64,000 bases of DNA from the human T2T-CHM13v2.0 reference genome, Homo sapiens. The position numbers and the translations under genes are program-made. Location of the stretch: the NCBI RefSeq assembly GCF_009914755.1, contig NC_060925.1. One strand, given 5' to 3'. The notes beneath the pieces were generated by a model. The model was not told the DNA's origin. It did no database searches and was given only the letters and a program-made list of their open reading frames with translations. Of this stretch, positions 59,188-64,000 are shown piece after piece. Each line of letters opens with the position of its first letter. Positions within the stretch are counted from its first letter, which is position 1.

Positions 59188-61019
59188 TCTAGAGAGAGAT
59201 GAAAAGTTACAGATATACATATAGTTATAGAAATATTTATAGCTTTAGATAGAAATGTAAGCATGTATAAATGAATGTATATATCTGTGTATATATGTAT
59301 ATAATTAAAGTTTAACTTTAATTTAATAATTATTTTTATCGATTTAAAAAGTAACCTTATGGTCATCAAATCAGTTAGTCCTTGACTTCGCCATTTTTAA
59401 CTTTGGTCCCATAAAAAAATATATAAACATATATACATCTGTGTGTATGTGTGCTATACATTTTTATACGTATGTCTGTAGGTGCACATCCATGTATATG
59501 TATTTTTCTTTGTTTAGACCAAAAATAAATGATTATGATAAGATTATTTTTAAGTCAATAAAAACATATTACTTAAAGTCAAATTATCAAGTTATTTGGT
59601 GGTATATCCATCTAAAATAATTACATTTGCTTGTAATAAGAAAAAAATTGCAATAGAAGGACTAAAATTCACGTAAAGCAATTGGCAGTGCCAGAAGGAT
59701 AAACAATGAATGAATGTTTTGATTATTTTTCCTGGTACTTACAATAAATTAGGTCCATAAATAATTTCTTAGACATTATTCTGACAGTATGTTTTCTAGC
59801 TCCATTTTTATCAGTATAAATTAGAATGAGTCCTCCTAGGATGGAAGAAAGTACAGTTCTCGATGTTGTGATACATATGCAATGACATGATAGAAAGATA
59901 CATAATAAAATAGATATGTCTAATGAGGAGATTAACTAGAGTTGTACTCATTACAACTATTTAAGAGTCTCTGACAAATTGAACTGGCTTATATACTCAA
60001 CTTATAAAACAAAAAAGTACTTTTTTTCCCTGAACATATTTTGTCTGTGGCTACCAACTATATGTATCACCAAAAGTTACACTGTAACATACTATTTGAT
60101 TCAGTAATTCTACAATGTAAACCCTGACATGTCAAAATAAGTGTCAAGATTATAAAACAGAAAACTATTCCACACAGAAAATAAGGTAAAATCCCCCAGT
60201 TCATCTCTCTTGGGACACATATTAATGAGTAAATGAATATTATGTGTCATTGTGCTGTTTAATGAGAAAAACACACAAAGAATAGCAACATCCATGAAAA
60301 AGATAAAAGATATTTGTTAAAATCTTTTAAACAAAATGTTACATGATTAAGAAATTATAATCAAACTGTGCATTACTCCTTTTTTATGGTACTCATCCAC
60401 CATTAATTTTGTGGTAATAATTCTAAACTTAAAGAGCATAGTAATTGGTAACTTAAGTATACTGTTAAAAAAATTAAGACAGTCTATATTACAGACTGTC
60501 TATAACTTATTATTACTATGCAACATTTTCAGAAAATGTAAAAAGAGAAAAGACAAAGAGAACCATATGACTTTAATGAGTCATCTCTGAAACTTTCCTG
60601 ATGAAGTAAAAAAATGGTAGTGCTTCCCAAATACTTTGTGTTTTTTTATGGAAAGCATTAGTCTCAATAGAAAACTTCTTTATTGATTTATCTTTATTGG
60701 AACACAGAAATAGCATACCAGCAATAAAAGAAAAAAAATTCTATCAAATTAAAGACTGGATTTAACTCTTTAAATTGATTGTAAACTTTAGTGATTTGTA
60801 TTCCAGTAAAAGTACTGATTGCTAGACAATTTGAAAACTTTTTCATTATTTCATAGGATATTTCTGCTGCTAGCTTTTTGTTTAATGAAGATTAAGTAGA
60901 AATGGGGGAAAATACACAATTCACATTTCTGAATCTAAAAATGTTCCAAGCATTACAAATTTGATTGCAGACTAAACTGCATAGTGATTTATTACACATA
61001 CCTAGGATAAGGATTGAAT

Positions 61020-61275
61020 TATAGTTGGATCCAGCATTGGATCTAACTTGCCACTCTTAAAATATTTTTCATGTGAGGCCAATTTCTTAACCTCAGTTTC
61101 TTCACTGACAATCTGACAATAGTGATAAAAATTGAGTCATATTTTCAAGGATTTTGTATGCTTGTTTACTTTGTTGAGATTTTTAAAACTTGAATGTTTT
61201 ATAGATGAGAATGCATGGAATATGCAAAGCATTGGTCACAGAAGTTAGTAAGCATGTCATACCTGTATGTTGTAA
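61020..61275 (+). mobile_element. MIR fragment
   Basis: TTTCTTAACCTCAGTTTCTTCA...ATGAGAATGCATG. Confidence 0.55.
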
Positions 61276-61312
61276 TTTATAAGGGCTTATTTAGACAAGG
61301 TAGGTTTGAGAG

Positions 61313-61758
61313 TATATTAGTTTCCTTGTGCTGCCATGATAAAACATCACAAATTGGGTGGCTTAAAACAACAGAAATATATTATGTCACAATTCTGAAA
61401 GCTAAAAATTCAAAGTAAAAGTGTTGGCAGGGCGGTGCTTCCTGTGAAGCCTGTAGAAGAGAAGATGTCCTTGCCTCTTGTTAGCTTCTGGTGGTTTGCC
61501 AGCAATCCTTTGCAGCTGCCTCACTTCAATTTCTTCTTCCATCGTGACATGGTACTCTCCTTTTGTTCATCTGTGTCTTTTCTGGTTGTTTTACAAGAAC
61601 ACCAGTCATCTTGGGCTAAGTGCTCACCCTACTACAGTACACCTCGTCTTAACTAATCACATCTGCAGAGATCCTGTTTCCAAATAAGTTATTTTACTGA
61701 GGTACTGGATTTTTTATTTCAACATACCTTTTTAGAGGACACAATTCAACCCCTAACA
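61313..61758 (-). mobile_element. MLT1C solo LTR
   Basis: TATTAGTTTCCTTGTGCTGCC...GGGTGGCTTAAAACAACAGAAAT...GACACAATTCAACCCCTAACA. Confidence 0.88.
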
Positions 61759-61977
61759 TTAAGCATGGCGACCATTCACAGTGATTAAACTAATACTTTG
61801 GAAGAAACTAACAGGCTTTTTAGGATCAAATTATAGAAATAAACTGAAGATTCTGATGAAACTATTACAAAGCAACATTAAATTGCATGCCTAAAGGTAT
61901 CTGACTAGTAAACTGAAAATTAAGAACCCAGTTTCCTGCGTTTGTGGCAAGTGTTCTTTTCGGAGATCTTCCCAGGT

Positions 61978-62021
61978 TATTCCATTTATCAACAATGATA
62001 TCAACAATGATAAATGGAATA
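61978..62021. repeat. Perfect 14-bp inverted repeat with a 12-bp tandem duplication
   Basis: Arms TATTCCATTTATCA (61978-61991) and TGATAAATGGAATA (62008-62021). TCAACAATGATA x2 at 61989-62012. Confidence 0.95.
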
Positions 62022-62449
62022 GTCAGCTAAACTTCATCCAGATGACTTCCATTGTTTTCTATCATTTAATGTATCAATTGTGTTTCTCAGGATAATGCAC
62101 CTTTAGTTGATATTTTATATTAAATATGCTTTAGAACTTTAACAGTCCATAAAATTATTTATTTTGCTTTGTATTACACCTCTAAAGTTAAAAATATAAC
62201 ACAAGTCTTAGCTTTTCTACCTGTGAAATGAAGGAAATAATAATATATTCCCATTTTGTAGACTGAGGAAGGTTCAACAAAATTATACAAAGACAACTCA
62301 GTTAATAGGAAGTGTCCAAGTGTGTTTAAATAATGAGTATGTTGAGCATTTGCCTATGTTATATATGATATGCCTATAAAATTTTGTTTTAAAATATACA
62401 TTTTATACTATAATCTATGTTTATGTATAATTACATACATTCCACCTCC

Positions 62450-63640
62450 TTTTTAATTTTATGTAAAAGATTGAGAAATAATTTATATAACATACAATTC
62501 ATCCATTTAAAGTGTATAACTCAATGGTTTTTAGTACATCCACAGAATTCTGCAACCATAATCTGATCAATTTTAGAACATTTAAATCACCATAGAAAGA
62601 AACCCAGCCTCTAGAAGCAATTACTTCCCATTTTTTCCCAACCTCCCTAGTTATAGTAAGCCAGTGATCTATAATAGGTCTCTATAAACTTGCCTATTCT
62701 GTGCATTTTATATAAATGGAATCAATAATATATATTCCTTTTTAACTGGCTTCTTTCACTTATACTGTTTTCAAGGTTTATCCTGGTATTACGTATGCAT
62801 CAATATGCCATTCCTTTCTATGGTTGAAAAATATGATGCTGTATAGATCAACCTCATCTTTAAAATCCATTAACAATTGATGGACATCTTTCTCGTTTCC
62901 ACTTTTTGGCTATCATAAAATATGTTGCTACGAACAATTTTTATATGGACATATTTTCATTTCCCTTAGGTGTATTCCTTGGAGTATAACTGAAGGTTTA
63001 CTTGGTAATTCTATGTTTAACTTTTTTTGGAACTTCTGGACTATCTTCCAAAGCAACAGTACCATTGTACATTTTCACCAGCCACGTATGACAGTCACAC
63101 TCTCTCCACATTCTTGCCAAAACTTGTTATCATTTTTCAAATAAAAGACAGCCTAGTGTGTATCTGAAAGATGTCTCATTGTGGTTTTTACTTGCATCCC
63201 CCTGATGACTAATGATGTTGAGAATTATTTCAGGTGCTTATTCCTCATTAATTTTTTTTGGAGAAACATCTATTTTCTTTGACCATTTTAATTGGTTTGT
63301 CTTGTTATTATTGATTTACACTTTTTCTTTATGTAGTTTAGATGTAAGTCCCTTATGAACTATATGATTTGCAATATATTCTTTGTTTCTCTAGGCTGTC
63401 TTTTCACTTCCTTGTTGACATCTTTCAAAGAACAAATGTTTTTATATTGACGTTGCACAATTTATACTTCTTTCTTTTGTCACTTGTGCTTTTAGTGTCA
63501 TATCGAGATTGGCTTTGCCTGATTCAATGTTACCAAAATTAACTTCTACATTTTATCAAATGTTTCATAGATTTAGCTCTAAGATGTAAGTCTACAATCT
63601 GTTTCAAGTTAATATTTGTGCATGGCATGATGAGTAGCTC
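62450..63640 (-). mobile_element. L1MB (MB3/4-like) 3' end
   Basis: CATACAATTCATCCATTTAAAGTGTATAACTCAATGGTTTTTAGTA...TCAATTTTAGAACATTT and TCTCATTGTGGTTTT. Confidence 0.85.
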
Positions 63641-64000
63641 TGTTACGGATTGAATTGGGTCCTCGAAAAGCTATATTGAAGGCTTAGCTCCAAGTACTTA
63701 AGAATATGATCTTTATTGGAAATAGGGTCATTTCAGAAGTAATTAGTTAGGGTAAACCCTAAATCCAATAGATTTGAGTCCTTCTAAAAAGAAGAAAACC
63801 TCATGTGAAGCCAAAGGCACACAGAGAGCATGACATGTGATGACAGAGACAGAGAACTGAGGGATGCAGCTGCAAGCCAACGATTTCAAAATATTATTTG
63901 CCATTACCAGAAGCTAGGAAGAGGCAAGGCATAATTCAATTCATAATCTCAGAGGAAGGATGGCTGTGCTAGCACCTTGATTTCTGATTTCTTTCCTGCA
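63641..64000 (+). mobile_element. MLT1C LTR (cut by the window edge)
   Basis: TGTTACGGATTGAATTG...GGAAATAGGGTC...GCTGCAAGCCAA...CCAGAAGCTAGGAAGAGGCAAGG. Confidence 0.88.

Overview
This is a very AT-rich primate genomic window, probably human judging by the AluY and L1PA3 diagnostics, and looks intergenic or deep-intronic. I find no host protein-coding gene, RNA gene, CpG island or prokaryotic system. Most of it is a nested stack of interspersed repeats. Ancient L1M elements are interrupted by L1MA, L1MC, L1PA8 and L1PA3 copies. There are ten Alus plus one Alu stub, a full LTR-int-LTR THE1D with an intact 5-bp TSD, and solo LTRs (THE1A, THE1B, two MER74A, MER67, LTR16, LTR33, LTR29/48-like, MST/MLT1). 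DNA transposons include MER53, Tigger1, Tigger2a, Tigger3a, Charlie1 and half a MADE1. The only ORF with recognisable protein homology over its length is the C-terminal 247 aa of L1 ORF2p in a twin-primed L1PA3. I cannot support a novel biological system. The best leads are: a twin-primed L1, inverted Alus 45 bp apart, an orphan MADE1 arm, a templated fold-back insertion in an Alu, serial micro-duplications, a perfect hairpin with a duplicated loop, and a few non-repeat segments with enhancer-like motif clusters. All family and subfamily calls come from my recollection of consensus sequences, not from a search. Boundaries of old elements are approximate.
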